Program-made: the position numbers and the translations under genes
Shown here: positions 1 to 13,350 of the stretch, piece by piece
Numbering within the stretch: position 1 is the stretch's first letter
Layout: the number at the start of each line of letters is the position of its first letter
The notes under the pieces: generated by a model
What the model was told of the DNA's origin: nothing
Database searches by the model: none
Seen by the model: the letters and a program-made list of their open reading frames with translations, nothing else
NCBI RefSeq assembly: GCF_003918875.1
Contig: NW_025767212.1
Coordinates: forward strand, 124,001 to 188,000
Direction of reading: 5' to 3'
DNA from: Haliotis rubra
Taxonomy: Eukaryota
DNA length: 64,000 bases

Positions 1-11
1 CTTCTTCCATG

Positions 12-23
12 TGCGCATGCGCA
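12..23. promoter_or_regulatory. Perfect NRF-1/EWG-type palindrome TGCGCATGCGCA
   Basis: Exact consensus in a short CpG-containing stretch at the window start; no linked exon identified. Confidence 0.35.
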
Positions 24-2277
24 AAATCGAAGTTGCAGGCTCTTCGTTTTGTATGCAGTTTTAGCGATTTAAAGCTGCCGTTTTTACTGTTTCAGTAGCG
101 AGGTATTATATTTATGTTGCTATTTCCATGATTAATGTGGGCTTTTCTGCGTTTTTCTGCACAGTGGGAAAGTTTTCTTTGGTAGGCCTGTTCATGCTGT
201 ATCTGTTTTCATAAAGAACTTCATGTGGCCTCAACTGTCCATGAAGTGGGACAGTGTGAGAGTTCACTGGGAAACACTTGGCATATCACAGATAGCTCAA
301 GAGTTAGGACTTGCTAACAGTGTCAGATTAGATTCAATGGCAGACTTGATGAAAAAAGGATTTCTCAAAGCAGCAACTGTTTGTCATAGCAACAACTTTT
401 GTTGATTTTGCTGGTTCCTGATGACCCGTCATTTCTGGAAACATTATTTCCTGCAGAAATTTATTGTTACATCAATATGTATCAGCTATAAAAATATATT
501 TATTGATAAATTATGACTCAAATCAGGTACACAGCACTTAAAATTTATTTTCATATGGTGTGATTATCTCTGCAAACCCATATGTATATGCTGAATGCCA
601 CATTGTGTGAAGTGTTGGAGAAAAAGCTGTGTAAATGGTCATGCACTTTGTTGTTTGGGTTTGAAGCAAGTGAAAGGCAAATAGTTTATTTTTGGTTGCT
701 CAAATGGAAAAACCATAAACTGTGTTTACCACAATAAGCAGTTCAAGGTAATATTAAAAAGGACAGATTTAACTTTGGATACTAAAAAACGTGTACAATG
801 CCAATAAATCTGACTTATCACTATATAAATATCATGAGTTATCTACCTTACCTTCCTTGGTTTCATATCTGACATTTAATATCTGGGAGAAAAATTATGA
901 CAAATAAACATTTTGAATGTATTCCACACCTGTGATTTTCTCAGTCATGGATCTGTAACAAAGTAATATCAAGAAAAAATATCTGTCAGTTTGTGTAGAT
1001 ATTCACCATTCTAATGTGGCATTTAGATAGCCAGTTTGTGATTTAAGCCTGGCAGTAGTCAACAAGATAAGCCACCCTGGCACTGGACTGCCACGATTTT
1101 ACCATTCACAGAAGGTGTTAATATTTTGTGCATGACAAAATACTAAGCCCTCGTATTACATTGTATACACTCAGCCCTGAGTTAGGACACTAATATATGG
1201 GATAAATGGGGATGGTTACAATCCACAGGTGACCTATCACCTTATTTTAAGGCTGAGTAAGCAGAATTTAGCAATTTGTTTTATCATACCTACTCAACTT
1301 CTTCTCTTATGATCTGTTATGTATACAAATGGCATGGGGTTCGACAAGGTTAAGCTCTTGGTCATTGTCTTTTCATGGCTAGGTGTGACAGTAAATTTAT
1401 TTTTAAATTTATGTGTGATTGATCATGTCTAAAGTGTCAGTGTTAATTAAATTATCAATGTATTACCAAAGCTCTTATAGTATAGACAATGTCTTAAACA
1501 TTTTGTTCAGAATGATAAACCCAGCCAATAGTAGTTTAAATTTCTATACATCTACTAAAAAGCATGTTACTGCTCAGGCCTTTGCAGGTAAATGTAAACA
1601 TCATATTACCGTAAATTATAAAACCATTGATCCTGGGGATTTGATAATTTATTTTTAGTCCATGATCTTATATTGCCATCAATTTGGTATAATGAATAAT
1701 ATTATATGTGTACTCTATACATTTGTGCATACTGGATGCGCATTTCTGTGTAGACACAGTGCTTGAATATACTGTAAGTTTCAGCACAAAAGTGTCCCTA
1801 AGTTAATCTTTCATGATGTATGACATAATGGATCTTAGAGAAATGACAAGTCCAGAACACACAAGCCCCTATGCTATCCATTCAGCCATCATGACAAATT
1901 ATTTTAACTTTTCCACCTTACCATATATATATATCAACTTAAACGTCCTTTGCTTAGTGCCGTCCAACATCTACACAATTAATTGAATACATGTTGTAAT
2001 GTGAACTTGTACACTTTGATGTGGAGGACCTTCTTGAGACTTGAAATGCGATGAGATGACTGTGCACACATGATCGTCCTTTAATCGTCTCTCCACAGAA
2101 CCTTCATTCATGTTTCATGTCAGGGGATGTTAACAGTGGCAGCCATTTTGGTGCTCAGCCATCAAAAATAGATGTTTGCTTTTTCTTTTATGGCAGACAG
2201 TTAGTTTGTGTAGGTTTTAGTGTGTAAATTTTGTGAGAGCAGGATAAAATACAGTTAGTTTTACTACATGGAATTAC

Positions 2278-2554
2278 TTGTATGAGAGGCATTTTAGAAG
2301 TTGTGCAGATGAAGGAAAACAAAATTCTATGGATAGTCAACTTCTTTATTACAATGAGTGCAATGTTTTGGTGTAGGTACTAAAACATTATCATGCATGT
2401 GATACAAAGAGTTGTAACATGGAGAATATATACATACGGTATATATATCACTTGCTTGATAACTCATGCTTGATAACATGTTAGTACCTTCACCGAAATG
2501 TCGCACTCATTGCAATAAAGAAATTGACTTATTGATACATAGAACTTGGTTTTC
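2278..2554 (-). mobile_element. Mini Penelope-like insertion, inverted arms, 14-bp TSD
   Basis: TSD CTACATGGAATTAC 2264-2277/2555-2568; imperfect IR ~2313-2403/2445-2556; decayed hammerhead-like ...CACCGAAATGTCGCA; same ACTTCTAAAATGCC tail on the minus strand. Confidence 0.6.
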
Positions 2555-3046
2555 CTACATGGAATTACGTGAGTAATTTGTATGCATTGTTATACAACAT
2601 ATTTACAGGAACAACTGTATTTGAGTTGTAAGGTATTTATTATTTGTGACAGCAATAAGTTACTTTTGCTCAGGACTGAGTGTAGTGATATTGGAAGTCT
2701 GTCAACTAAGAAGAGAAAACACATATTTTTAAAAAGTTATGATTCTGCTTTAGTTTGTTAAATACCACATCATGATATTAAAAAAAAATAGATATAATTG
2801 TCACAAAGATGAAGGTTTTTGCGAAAAGAAGTGAACGCTGTATTATACTTTAGACTGTTGTCATGTCACACACAAAGTGTCTCGTATATGATGAAGTGTT
2901 CAAATTCAGGGAGAAAAGTACATTGTCAGATCTGTGAGCTCAGACCTTTTTTAGTGCTTAAAGTGACTTAGCACTAGCACTGAACCACTAGACTGTCAAA
3001 TCTTCAGGTTTGTGTTGGCGATGAACCAACCTCATTGTTAGGAGTC

Positions 3047-3211
3047 GGGGCGGTGGGGTAGCCTAGTGGTTAAAGCATTCGCTTGTCACGCTGAAGACCT
3101 AGGTTTGATTCCCCACATGGGTACAATGTGTGAAGCCCATTTCTGGTGTCCCCTGCCTTGATATTACTGGAATATTATTAAAAGCGATGTAAAGCTAAAC
3201 TCACTCACTCA
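3047..3211 (+). mobile_element. SINE family A (tRNA-derived head, ~165 bp, (CACT)n tail)
   Basis: A box TAGCCTAGTGG, B-box-like GGTTTGATTCC, TSD TGTTAGGAGTC; >12 copies in window. Confidence 0.85.
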
Positions 3212-3974
3212 ATGTTAGGAGTCATGGACAAAGGTGTACAAGGAAACCAAAAAATTCAAATTTTTGGCATTTCAATTTCTATTTTGTTAATATTTAAATA
3301 CTTCAATTTCATTTTATACTGTCATTACTAATTATGATTACAGTTATTGATTGAACATTTGTTGAATTTTGGTTTATATTCACACTTTGATTTCTACTTC
3401 TGTAACATTCATATATATGGCAACGTAATATCCATTTATACCACCTACAACTTTGAGGGTTTTTTGTGTCATCGTGACTAGTGTTGATAGGCATGACAGG
3501 AATTCAAGTCATGAAAACATGGATTGCCTTGTTCCTTCCCCCTGTGAATAGGGGTGGGCGTAAGATAAGAAGCTAAGTGACATGTAGGTGTAGAGTCACT
3601 TACTTGCCTCACTGCATGAGCAGTCTAGGTCATTCGTGTTTACTGGTTTGGAGAATTGAATGGCCTGCCAACTCATCAATAGCCAATGGCTTTTGATAAG
3701 ATCTTGCTATGAGCTGGTGCGTAGAAAAAGAATTAATTCTGTGTCAAGGTGTTATTTTTGTGGGCGTGTGAGCATGTTTGAATTAGATTGGAAAATGTGA
3801 ATATACTTACAAATATGCTCAAATTTACGGAGCAGTATGTGGAATATATTAATATATTAAGTTAATTTCTGTAAGGAGGATATAACACTATTATTATAAG
3901 GTTTTTTGATAAAAATGATTTAAATGTTGAGTAAGTTATATTGATGTCCGACTACTACAATATTTGAAGTAACT

Positions 3975-4153
3975 GACTGACTGACTGACTGACTGACTGA
4001 CTGACTGAGTTTGGTTTTACACCGCTTTTAGCAATATTCCAGCAACATCACGGCGGGGGACACCAGAAATGGGCTTCACATATTGATGGGTCCCGAACCG
4101 GGTCTTCGGCGTGCCGATCCAACACTTTAACCACTAGGCTACCCCACCGCCCC
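3975..4153 (-). mobile_element. SINE family A with (CAGT)n tail
   Basis: Homology to 3047-3211; TSD TGAAGTAACT. Confidence 0.85.
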
Positions 4154-4916
4154 ATGAAGTAACTAAGTCGGCCTAGTGGTCAGTTGAGTGGTTCCTCATG
4201 CCGAGTTTGACACCTACATTTGTACCATAGTGTCTTCTGCCTCCATGCAGTAGTCTATAACTAAAAGTTGAAATATTGTTAAATGAAAATAAGTCTTATA
4301 ATCATTAAATCACAAATGGTCTTAGGTTTTGGGAAAATAAGAATAAAATGTAGAAAAAACAGTCCATTTTCGCAGGTGCTGTCATTGTCCTCTTGACAGG
4401 CACACTGTCATAATCAAGGTCATCAAGACATCAAACACTGTCATCCATCACATTTATCTCATTATCAGTTAGAACAGCTAATAATTATCTGGGGTGTGTT
4501 TCACCATTAACCTGCTCTATCTGTGGTACTACTGAAGACGAGTCTTTGATATATGATGACAGTTATATCCCCAAACCAATTACCTCCCCTCCTTAACGAT
4601 TCGTTATGAAATGTCTAGTCTGAAAAGAGACGTTTTTTGTTTATATATTTAACTGACTGAATTTGTTCTAATATTTTGCTGAGTGACAAAACTTGATCAT
4701 GCAAAGTCTGGTCTAAAAGCTTGCAAGAGTTATGTCCCTTGATGTGATCACTATCCCCTACTCTTGGCTACATTTGTTATTCCTTTATATCTTACTTAAT
4801 ATGTTTGATAATTGTCTTTTAGATGTATTTTTGCAGTTATCTATTATACCATCTTCAAAGAATACTACTACCATTGTTACAATCTATTTTCTTATGTTTT
4901 ACCAATTGTTTTCCAG

Positions 4917-7900
4917 CTGTTGGTAACCTGAAGCAGTACAGTAAAGTGACTGACCACCATGTTGCACGCCATGGGTTCGACTGCTACATGTTCACCCCGG
5001 ACTCCCGCCCTCACTGCATCAAGGACTCCTACACACTGTCTGATCTCACACCGACCAAGATACTTCGTGGTGCCGATATCTACAGGAAAGATGGACTCTG
5101 CAGCTCAAATCTCTTCAAGCTGTGGCCTATCGTTCTCAATGATCACAAAGTCGAAAGCCCACAACTTAGCATGTTACGCAGGGTAAGATGCAGTATCTTT
5201 CAAACATATCTGGCTAGCTATTCTCGAAACGTTCGTAGCCCTACGAACTTCTTAAGCCCATTCTTAACACATTGGCTACGATCAAAGTTAAGAATTCTTA
5301 GAGTTACGAACATTTCGAGAATAAGGGCCCTGGTCATCAAGGTGATCTTAGTGTAACCTATGTTAAGGTATAGGAGTTACGATCACCTTAGCGCTAAGAC
5401 ATGAAATAGTTATTATATCACATTCAATCATTAAATGACAAAATCATGAAAAGTTATTGAGAATGTGTTTCACCAATCTCCATGTCAAATATAAAATGGA
5501 AAGGAAAGTGGAGGGACAGTGCTACTGCTTATTGAAAAATATATAAGAAGGGAGTGAGGAGTCTTGTGAAATGGCTTTCATAAAATATGCTTTTGTGGGC
5601 TTCTAACTCTAATTAGCTACATGTATATATTTGGGTGCAAAACCAAAAATGATTTCATCATACCCAAATAGTTTGGCTTTTGCTTACATTCAAACATGCT
5701 TGAAAAATATTAAACATGCAATGGTATATTTACACTTGATGAAATTACAACTTTAGTTACTGAACAAATGCACGTATCACCTATTCATAAACAAAAATGC
5801 TATGTGTTGCACATTGTAACTGAGACATATATTGCTGTTGAGAGTTTCTGCAATATTTGTCATTCTCTGAGCAGTACTTGAATAGACAAACATTAGAGTT
5901 ACCTGAAACGGCCTTTAAAGCAGAATTATTTTGGAATATCTACTCATTTTTCTAATGAGTTTTACTTATACCCAATAGACAGGACTCAAGGCAGCAAAAA
6001 GGGTATTGAATACATATGGGGGAATACTCAATGGTTTTACAACTTATCTAGAGCCCGAGGCACTTTGGTCATGGCCGTCAAACACTGACTGTGACAGTAA
6101 AGCATCTCATCATGACAGCACTGTATTTTCACTGAAAGAAAAACAATGGTAGACTATATACATGTAACAGCCACCTGCACATTGAAAGGTCACACTGCTT
6201 TCAATCTAAATAGTTCTGGCTTTAATCATTAGCTGTCTTGTATGTTTAAATCATTAACTGTTTACAAAGTTTGTTAGATACAATTAGACATGGTTAGACA
6301 ATGGTCTCATATTGTTCACAAAAGAACTGACTTTTCCAAAAACTATTCCTGTTGTACAACTTATCTGAATTAGCTGTGGACTAGTTTAATGGAACTAATT
6401 GTGTCTACCCCAGTAAAACAATCAGTGTGAAGCAGTAAATGTTTTGTTTGAACAAAATTCGTAATTGGTTCATTTCAACAGGTTTACAGGTTTGTCATGT
6501 TGATTAACAGTTGCATATTTTAATTATGGATTTTATTTGCAAATTCTAGGATCGGACGGGTCAATCATGTAACAAAGGCTACAAGGTCCTCAAGATGCCC
6601 GAGTGTCGGCGCACGATACATGAGTTTGACCTTGAGGACAGCAACAAGGTTGAAGAGGAAGGGATAGATTATTTCTGCGAACCCTCCGTGGTCCAGATTG
6701 ATACATCAGGGGTCGGCTTCCAGAGAATGTCTTCATTTCGTGACTCATTACGAGATTCTGATGCCAAGAAGAAAAAACGAAGAAGAACCGTTTCTGGTGT
6801 GCCCGAGAACTTGTTGTATGAAATCAGTGAGTTTGAACGAAAGAAACGAAACACATTTGACAGTGCTCCTCGAGACAGGCCAAGAGCTTACAGTTTTGAT
6901 GACCTAGATGCTAAGACTAAAACTGAAAGAGATGAAATCCTTGCACAGTATTTTGATGAAATTGATGCAAAATATGAGGAAATGCTTGAAGAAGAAACAG
7001 CACAGAAAGAACCCAAAATACTGAAATTTTTACCCTGTAGACGTTCAAAATCACTCCCAAGATGTGTCAAAATGTCCCATCGTAGTATCGAGCGATTTCA
7101 GCAAGGCAGTTCAACAGGAAGTTACGCCAGTACACTGAGTCTCGCGAGTGAGAACTCAACTGGTTCAAGGTTTTCCCGTTCAACGAAGCGGTCCAGCATC
7201 ATCAGCAACAAGATTAAGTCCCTTGTCAACGCTGGGAATGCTAGGCTGCGACAAAGACCGAAGTCACTCGATCTGGATGCCATCGAACTCTGCCCAGAAA
7301 ACAACAAGAAGACGAACTTGAGAAAAGCCACATCTCCCAGCATGCCTGCTAATATAGAGCAGACGACGTCTTCCACAGACAGTGTGGTGGGACCTGGGAC
7401 GTACTACTATTTCGAGAGTAACACCATTCCACGAGCCCAGGCTAAGAAATATGACTTCCCATGGGAGAGTCTGCCTAAAGATTGGACCACTTCAGTGAAA
7501 CTGCGGGAAATAAACAAGAGGAAGTCAATGGAAGAACGTAATTCTTCTTCAGGTAAGCCATCAAAGAACATTGTTTGTATTTAGCTGCTATAGTGGTCAA
7601 CAATCCACTGAATTTCTACAAAAGCCAATTTGCATGCATGTAGCCTTTAACTATTTCTGTCAACAGTTGATTTTGCAACATTTGTGTTTAACAAACAAGA
7701 AAACATGAGACTTCATGGTTTAACCAGCAACTGTTATCCATAAAGTTGTATGTTAAAATATTTACCTACCAACTTCTACAATGCCGATTAATGAGTTCAG
7801 TATGATTCATTCATATATGTTTTCTTTAGATAACCATCTGAATATCCAACAGAATAATTTTCTGTCTGCAGTTTAACTGATTGATTCCTTTCTGTTATGA

Positions 7901-10900
7901 TATGTTATGTAAACAGTTTCTTTTTACAAGTGTCACTCAACAAAAGGTTTACAAAATATTACCAGCAATTTGTGTCTGTTGAAGGAACATAATTACCAAC
8001 ACCAACAAATGAAAATCAAGCACCTGCTTCAATTGTATATCGTGCAGTCTCCCACCGACTCATCTACACATATCAATTGCACATTCCACTTCATGTCAAT
8101 TGGCTTAGGTTAATCTGCATAATTTATAGCAAAGTATGCCACCCATCTTTCATCTGCTGTATACAGGAATAGGTCCAGTAATCCTAATCTGACACACAGG
8201 ATTAAGAACAGCTTAAAGGATTTAACAAATTGGTCATAAGCTCTAATCCCAGGGGTAGCTCCCCAGCATGGCAAGTAAGTGATTTAAGGTCATGGACCCT
8301 CCTGCCTGGGTCAGATTAGGTGAACCTGATGCTATAATGAGTTCACACATTCCGTTCAGCCTCTGCTTATTATGGTCATACATCATTTGAAAAATATTTT
8401 TTTCATGTTTGAAATTTGGTCTGTAATATATGAATGGTTTGTCTGAAGCATGTACATAAATATTCAACAGGCTTAATAGATGCCTTTTTGGTGAGTACGT
8501 CTGAACAGGACAATGTTTTAGGTATATATTTTACCCATATTTTACAAATTTACCTTTCATCCACCCTTGTAATCATGATATCTCAATACATCATGTGGAA
8601 ATACTTAAATGTGTTATCCAGTTTTGAAATTTGAGCTACCAGTATATATTTTATTTGGAGAGATGAATATTGTTTGTTTTAAAAATTGGGTACTTGTTTT
8701 GTCATCAACTCTGAGTAAACTGGTTTGGAGGTAATGTAAATTGTTTTCATCCATGGTGTTTGCAATTAATTTTTACATCTTTTTTCATTCTTTCATTTTA
8801 TATTTTATCAACTATTGATCTTTTAGAAAAATACTTTTGTCAAATAGCAAATTGTATATGTTAATATGAAGGAACCCAGATAAACCATACATTATGTATA
8901 TTTTGTGACAGTAGCTACTGATCCTGAAATTATTCCTTGTTACACACACTCTTCCTTGAGGATTCATGACAACCAACCCTGCTATTTATTGATTGGGATA
9001 GTGTTGAGTAATGACAGCAAATCAAACAAATAAGTGTACTTACTAAGACTTGACATTTCTGAAAGATTTTATTTATCATACTCTATTCTGACAGATCTTG
9101 TTTGCTATACCACAAGGTACCTTTTGAATGCCAAACACACTTGTAACATTAAGTGCTTATAATTCATTTATAGAATGGTAATATGACAACAGTGTTGCAG
9201 TCTGTATGTTATCATTACAGGTGCCTGGAGTGCTAGTGGGAGCAGCAGCAATCGTCAGTCACTGGATTCCGCCAAGTCCAGCATGCCGTCATCCACATCT
9301 CAATATTCCATAGGGAAGGATTCTGGTAGAGACTCACCCTCTATCACTGATGACAGGTGGGCCACTTACTGAATTGGAGCTGATAGGATATGAATTAAAA
9401 ATAAATACTCATATCTCATGCTTGTAGAAAGAATCAACAGTCAGGGAATTTGAGACCTTCCTTACCTGATGGCATAGGGCATGTGGTTGCTCATGGTATT
9501 AACCACTGGTTTATGTGACCTAGACTTCGTTATTTACAGGACACAATGACAGCTGGAATATTGCTGACTGGTATAAATCAATATGCAGGAAATTGCTCAT
9601 TTGATGGTCTAACCTTGACTTGTGAATGAACAAAGGATATCGTTTGATGGTTTAACCTTGACTTGTGAATGAACAAAGGATATCGTTTGATGGTTTAACC
9701 TTGACTTGTGAATGAACAAAGGATATCATTTGATGGTTTAAGCTTGACTTGTGAATGAACAAAGGATATATAACCTTGACTTGTTGATGCTTTGATTTAA
9801 CCTTGACTTGTGAATGAACAAAGGATATCGTTTGATGGTCTAACCTTGACTTGTGAATGAACAAAGGATATCGTTTGATGGTCTAACCTTGACTTGTGAA
9901 TGAACAAAGAATATCAAAATATATATATGTTAAAAGATGTTGAATCTTTGCTAACTCCTTCATTATATGAAATGTCTTTCATTGATTAAAGTTATTTGGG
10001 TGTGTCAGGATTAATGTTTTCATTGATTCTTTTCCAAATGTTTCAGACCTGATGGTTTGAAGTACAGTCCAGTCCAGGATGTGGCTCACGAGGATGATGA
10101 AATCAAGTCAGTGACTGGGACCAAGTCCCACTTCACCAAGATGGACACTGACGCCTGGCTGCAGATGTTAGCAATGAAAGCTGCAAGTAGAGATGACGTA
10201 ACCACCGACTGCGCCGACACGCTCAAGTCACTCTCCCAGCTCACCAAACAAAACATCCAGGCACTGGATCTGATGTCTCCAGCTCTCAAACCTCCACAGA
10301 AGTTGGATGATGAGGCCTCGTCTGTGTATTCATTGGATCAGGAAGGCTTCTACACGTCCTTCCACAATGATAGTGGCTTGAGGCGTAGCACTGCCACACT
10401 GGATGAGGATTTGGATAAAATGTCTCCTGTGAAGGAAGCACAGAGTATGCTAAGCATGTGCAGCACTAACACCGTGGAGAGCGTCATCTATAGACCTAAA
10501 GATGGAGAGAAGTTAGCATCCCCTATAAGTGTTAAGAAAGGGGGTAAGTGTCCTCCTCCACCGCCCCGCAGAACTAGCAGTATGGAAGTCTGTGCTAAGA
10601 TTCGTGAGAACGACAGCAGTAGTAGTTCAGGAGGTAGCACCTCTACACTCAACAATGATGGATCTAAACCTGGCCACAAAGGTTTAGATTCTTCTTTCTC
10701 TGAATCTGACCAAGAAACCATCTATGCAAGACTCAAAACCAAAACCAGAATTTCGTCCGGTATGTATCCATCCTGGTGCTCTGTTTCTGATGAAGACTCC
10801 ACACCAGAGAGTTCCCGAGAGAAACTGATGAATGGGCACAAAGATGTCAATGGAAATGCTTCTAAACTTTCGCCTTTTGCTAGAAGCATGTCCCAGCCAA

Positions 10901-13350
10901 CATCGATTGTAATGACAGCCGGACAGGATCTATCCCTAGGTAATCCTACCATGGTAGGATTGTCAAGAAAGGGAGAAGAGATGGATTTGGATTGGGAAGG
11001 TCATACTCTACCCAAGAGACAGTCCTCAACAAAGATGATGGATGATGAGGATTTCACCACCAACTCTTGGCCAAGGTCTGGTATTTTGAAGAGAGATAAA
11101 TCACCCAATGGCAAAACCCCGAAAACATTGAACTTTGCACCAATGATTAATATGTTTGATCCAAAGTCCCCTAATGGTGTGCAGCTACCTTTGCCTGAAA
11201 TGTCCTCCTCATCCTCTGATGAAACAAAGACCTCAGCAAACTCACTTACAAGTGCCTCAGATGATGGGTCGTTCTACAAGCTTGCTATTCCTCTAGGTAC
11301 ACCGGAGACTGTGAAGAAACATCATGGAAAGATTCCAATGAAATACCAACCTATCATAACAGTCAAACCTAGACCTAGATCTGCTACAGATGCAGGTCAG
11401 AAACCCGGTGCTTATGTAAAACTGTCCCCTGGTTCCCAGCCATCACCACCAAGTCAAGTTGTGTACCCGACTAGTGTCATCAAGCCATCTACCTCTACAC
11501 CAAATGCATCAAAAACGCCTTTCAGAAATCGCTCGTCAAGTTGCAACAATCGAGTACGAGCTCACTATGCATCCACAGATGTCATGTCACAGAGTTCAGG
11601 GAGCTCATCCTCCATTCCTTCCATCTCTTCATCATCCGATGGTGGCTACATGGACATGAAGTCAGCGACTATCAAGAGTTACCAATCAGACTCTCTAAGC
11701 AGTAACAGCTCCATTGGCTTATCCGACATTGACTCTAGTAGTTTGACGTATGTCAGCATGTCCAGTGCAAACTCTACCCCGACAAACTCCACCCTCACCT
11801 TGACACAAGATTCAGGGTCAGATATGTCTGGGTTAGAAGATAGGAACAATTACATCACTGTTGGGCAGAACCCAGTGAAATCTATGAGAGACATGGCTGT
11901 TGTGAATGGACCCACAGTGTCTAGTCCACCAACTTTCTCCAGTTTTAATGGACCCAATACCAGATCATTCACATCAAGCTTATCCCCATCTCCCACTGTT
12001 GAAGCACCTAAAATGGCCATGCACAGATCTTCCACAAATCCTCGAATTTCAGGTGGTTCACAAGGTGTTTCTCCTGCTTCTAGCTCCTTCATACCTCATT
12101 CAAGTTCAAGCAACCAGTCTCATCGACATTCCCTGTCTCCTCATCAATCAACTCCAGTTAATAATCCTCCCCCTAGTCAGTCCAGCTCAGTCCAGAGACC
12201 ATCTGTACTGGCAGTGTCACCAATACAACAGTCACAACGTCCTAAAGACAGGCGCAGATCAGCTCCTCTACTTGGACAGTCCCACAGCAGCTTCTACTCT
12301 CAAGGCTCGCCAAATGATGCCTATTCTAAAGGATCACCAAATAATGGCCTCTCTCAAGGATCACCCAGTGGCTTCTATTCCCAAGGATCACCCAGCAATG
12401 CCTACTCTCAAGGATCACCTAGCAGTGTGAGGTCAGCAGACTCACAAGCCCCTAGTAGTCGCAGTGACTCTTACAGAGTAGCCATGAAGACGGAATATGA
12501 TCAAGGATCACCATCAACTCCCAACAGAGCTACATCATACCGAGCTGCAGTCACCAAGACAAACTCAGCCCCTCCAACAGTTGAACCAGAGGTTGTTAAC
12601 AGGGCTGATTCCTACAGATTTGCAGTGAGGAATACTAATGGTCTTGTAGACGTTTCTCATAAAAGAAACACTTCTTATCGTGTTACTCTCCCAGAAGGTG
12701 AAAGAGACAGTAGACTCGATGCTCTTAATTCATGGAATGGTAGTGGTAAGGACCTTCGTAGAATGGGCATCACAGACATTGATCAGTTAAAGTGCTATTC
12801 GGATGATGATTCCACCAAACGGGCAAAGGAAAAGAGTGGAGGAGCGCTCTTTGCTACTATAAACTCCAGCAAGAAGAAGATGAGTTCTAAATCAGACATT
12901 GAATCTTTGCTGAAAGCAAACAAAACACCATCTCCAGACACTGGGAGCAAGAAGTCAAGCAAGAATGATAAGGACAAGGACAAAAAGAATGCCAAGACAA
13001 GGTCATCCACTTACATCAGGTTCGATCCGATCTTTGAGGACAAGGAAGATTTCTTCAATTCATCATCGGACACGCTTAGGGCACCCTCTGTGTCGTCCCT
13101 GCGTCCTCTCTCTGCATCACACTCAAGTGAGACGCTGACCACAGAGGAGGGCCCATTATTGGGGAAGAAGCTGCAGGCTCCAGGCCCTGTAGGGAAACGC
13201 AAGGGTTCAAATGGCAAGAAACCAGTAGATGAGAGAGCTGTCATGTCCATTCTAGACAGCATTAAGTCAACAATAAAATCTATTTCTGGTCGAAGTCCTG
13301 ACAAGGAAGACAGTCACTATGTAGCCCAGCAGTATGCTTCAGACATTTGA
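4917..13350 (+). CDS. NHS/NHSL (Nance-Horan syndrome / GUK-holder) family actin-regulatory protein, 5'-partial; exons 4917-5182, 6550-7552, 9221-9356, 10047-13350
   Basis: All four exons have AG/GT boundaries and consistent phases (1/0/1/2) joining into one ORF. The first exon (AVGNLKQYSK...FTPDSRPHCI) resembles the NHS WAVE-homology-domain segment. NHS-type motifs KKRRRTVSG, SSSGAWSASG, SVYSLDQEGFYTSFHNDSGL and PPPPPRRTSS are present. The upstream exon(s) were not identified. Confidence 0.8.
5219..5324. repeat. Short palindromic MITE-like hairpin
   Basis: TATTCTCGAAACGTTCGTAGC / GTTACGAACATTTCGAGAATA. Confidence 0.5.
9600..9915. repeat. 43-bp minisatellite, ~7 units
   Basis: TTTGATGGTCTAACCTTGACTTGTGAATGAACAAAGGATATCG repeated. 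Confidence 0.9.

Noticed and set aside
100-405. Possible first coding exon of the NHS-like gene
   Set aside because: Candidate ATG-donor pairs do not give the phase-1 junction needed at 4917
9600-9915. Regular repeats resembling a CRISPR array (also 32292 and 49737)
   Set aside because: No unique spacers, eukaryotic intron context, no cas genes
10086-13304. Antisense and alternate-frame ORFs in the large NHS-like exon
   Set aside because: Shadow ORFs of a Ser-rich coding exon
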